A DNA stretch of 64,000 nt, from positions 1-64,000 of the forward strand of contig JALGPX010000041.1 of the NCBI GenBank assembly GCA_023515795.1. The letters are read 5' to 3'. Positions 61,880-64,000 of this stretch are shown in pieces (position 1 is the stretch's first letter; every line of letters begins with the position of its first letter). The notes under the pieces are model-generated. The model was not told where the DNA came from. It saw only the letters and a program-made list of their open reading frames with translations, and searched no databases. This DNA comes from Amoeboaphelidium occidentale (lineage: Eukaryota). Both the position numbers and the translations under genes were made by a program.

Positions 61880-62776
61880 ATGGGCGGGAGACAAACCGAG
61901 CATTCAAAGACCAAACAGGTTTGTTTCAAATACCGCGAATTTGATGAGATCTTAGAAGAAGCAAGAGGATTCTGAAGAAGGAATCGTTACGGAATGTTTC
62001 ACTGTACCTGTTACGTTAATGCACCCTGTTGGTCAGACTGCGAACTTGTCTAAAGAAGGGCTGGAGAATCCTGGTTTGCCCCGTTTTCATGCTGCTGCCA
62101 CAAAGGAACACCCACAAGGAACAGAAGGACATCCGACTACACGTTCAGTTTTGCAACAACATGTTGATTTCTTTGATCGTGATAAGGATGGTATCATCAC
62201 TGTAAGCATCGCTTCAAAGTCTTTGCTTGACTTAGTTTGTAGATGTCAGAGACTTTTGCTGGTTTCAGGGCATTGGGCTTTAATGTTCTGTTCTCCTTGT
62301 TGGCAGTTTTTGTAATTCATTCAGGATTTGCTTTGGTCGCAGGTTTCAAGCCGTGGTATTCGCCATTGTTTGATCCATTCTTTCGTTTGCAAATATCCAA
62401 AATTCACAGGGGAAAGCACGGAAGCGATACAGGAGTATTTGATACTGAAGGTCGTTTTGTCCCGCAGAGATTTGAAGAGTTGTGGTACAAATGGAAGAGA
62501 TCAGCTGGTAAAGAAGGTCAAGTACATAAAGATGATCATGATTACCTGACATTGAGAGAAGTCTATGATATGACCCAGGGAATGTGGAATGCTTTAGATT
62601 TTTATGGTTGGTATGCAGCAAAGTTTGAATGGTTTACCACTTGGTTGTTGTGCGCGGATGAGAAGGGAAGATTGCGCAAGGAAAGTGTACGCGGTGTTTA
62701 CGACGGTAGTTTGTTCTACAAGATGGAAGAGCAGCAGAAGCAGCGTAGAAGATACAAAGCAGGAAAGAATAACTAA
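61880..62776 (+). CDS. caleosin/peroxygenase (3 exons)
   Basis: SVLQQHVDFFDRDKDGII (EF hand), ETFAGFRALGF, IHRGKHGSDTGVFDTEGRFVP, VRGVYDGSLF. Confidence 0.92.
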
Positions 62777-62852
62777 ATATATCACAGCTTTTGAAATAAA
62801 ACAGGAAATTCTTTTAAATCGTTTCATTTTGTCGCGTTGTTTCAAGGATAAG

Positions 62853-63838
62853 ATGAAGCTCAAGGCTGACTTTGCGAACTTGCCGCTGCTTCATAAAACC
62901 ATTTTATGCTGCGACAAGTGGATTCCTAAAAAGGCGGACGTTCAAATTGCTTTTATGCCTGGAAAAGTGAAAATCTTCACTTCGAGCCAGGATGGCCTTT
63001 ACGCTTGCGCTGAATTGAACGCTGAGCATATTCTAGAAAATTACATTATTCAATCGAAGAACAATGACACTATTTGGATGGAACTCCAACTGCAACCGTT
63101 CCTGGCATGTCTGAAGACGCTTAGCTCCTGTTCGAACATTCAAATCCAACTGATTAAGAAAGACAGAGCACCGTATCTTCAGTTTCAAAGCAAAAAGCGC
63201 ATAAATTTTGTTGCGTCTAATACGGCCAATAATGCGGGCGCTGGCAGGGCAATGGGATTAGCCGAGAGTCCTTCGTCCCGGTTAATGCAGTCCGAAACTC
63301 AAGTTGATTTGGTTCACGACGTTGCATGCAAGCTTTTGAGCAAAGCAGAGTCTGATTACTTGGTACTTCCTGAGCTGCCAGAATTCAAGATTCTCATAAT
63401 GTTACCTTCAGTTTCTACACTTAAAACGATCATAGATCGCATGAAGAAGTTGTCTGATACAATTGATCTGTCTGTGAATTATCGTGGACAGCTGAATATT
63501 TCCATTTCAAACATTCACTTCAACGTTTCAACTTACTTTAGGAATCTAATTCATCCCCGTGTTGGTAAGAAAACTTAGTTTCATGTTTATAACTTTGTTT
63601 AGTTGGTTCTAATAGGAACAATGATCAAAGGACAAGGCCTGATGAGTTTGTAACGACTAGAGTTCAATCGTTTGCTCTACAGCAATTCCTTCAATGTGAT
63701 ATGTTGCAGCCACCTCAAGTTGTTTGTTGCAGCTATGGAGAGAAAGGCGTATTGATGAACGTGTATCTGTCATCTTTGGAAGATCAAAATAAGGTTGGCG
63801 TGTTGACCTTTCTAATACCAGGAATGCTGATAGATTAA
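62853..63838 (+). CDS. HUS1: 9-1-1 checkpoint clamp subunit Hus1/Mec3
   Basis: MKLKA, YIIQSKNNDTIWMEL, LIKKDRAPYL, LVHDV, LPSVSTLKTIIDRMKKLSD; intron ~63565-63602. Confidence 0.85.
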
Positions 63839-64000
63839 GATCTCAAAAATATATATTATACTAAATGTACTGTTTTAAGTGCTAGCTGTGATGTTTACTT
63901 CAAACCATTATTGATTCGCTCGAATTTGCGACAGATCTTGTTCATCGCCATCCTCTGCTAAACCAAGTGGTCTGTATTCGGGGCCCCTGTTGAGAAGAGC

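Noticed and set aside
61287..61907. Short ORFs between XPO6 and caleosin
   Set aside because: No recognisable motifs; one overlaps the caleosin first exon; cannot be supported as genes.

Overview
Very compact eukaryotic genomic window using the standard code. It holds about 35 protein genes with tiny spliceosomal introns (mostly ~30-50 nt) and intergenic gaps often under 100 bp. The gene content (fungal-type housekeeping genes plus CEP120, INPP5E-like, exportin-6, C2CD5, MMADHC, RASSF-like and TRIM-like genes) suggests an early-diverging fungus or fungal relative such as an aphelid, rozellid or chytrid; this is inference. Highlights: (1) a Fanzor/TnpB RNA-guided nuclease at the left edge, with an intact RuvC D-E-D triad and a strongly structured, pseudoknot-capable 3' region that is a candidate omegaRNA ending at TCAA; (2) a ~4.5 kb gene-free island (43.0-47.5 kb) made of dozens of same-strand A-tract+ACCAC motifs separated by unique spacers and flanked by microsatellite-riddled genes, a candidate centromere or small-RNA array; (3) intronic ncRNAs: a U18 C/D snoRNA in eIF4E2, an unidentified rod-like C/D-capped RNA in the RPL26 intron, and a structured RPS15A 5'UTR intron; (4) animal-like signalling architectures (RA+SARAH, RING-Bbox-Bbox-coiled coil, RA-PH) and a cytochrome b5-membrane domain fusion. 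Duplications flanking N gaps look like assembly artefacts. Gene calls come from motif recognition by eye, not from database searches. Multi-exon CDS coordinates give the span from first to last exon.
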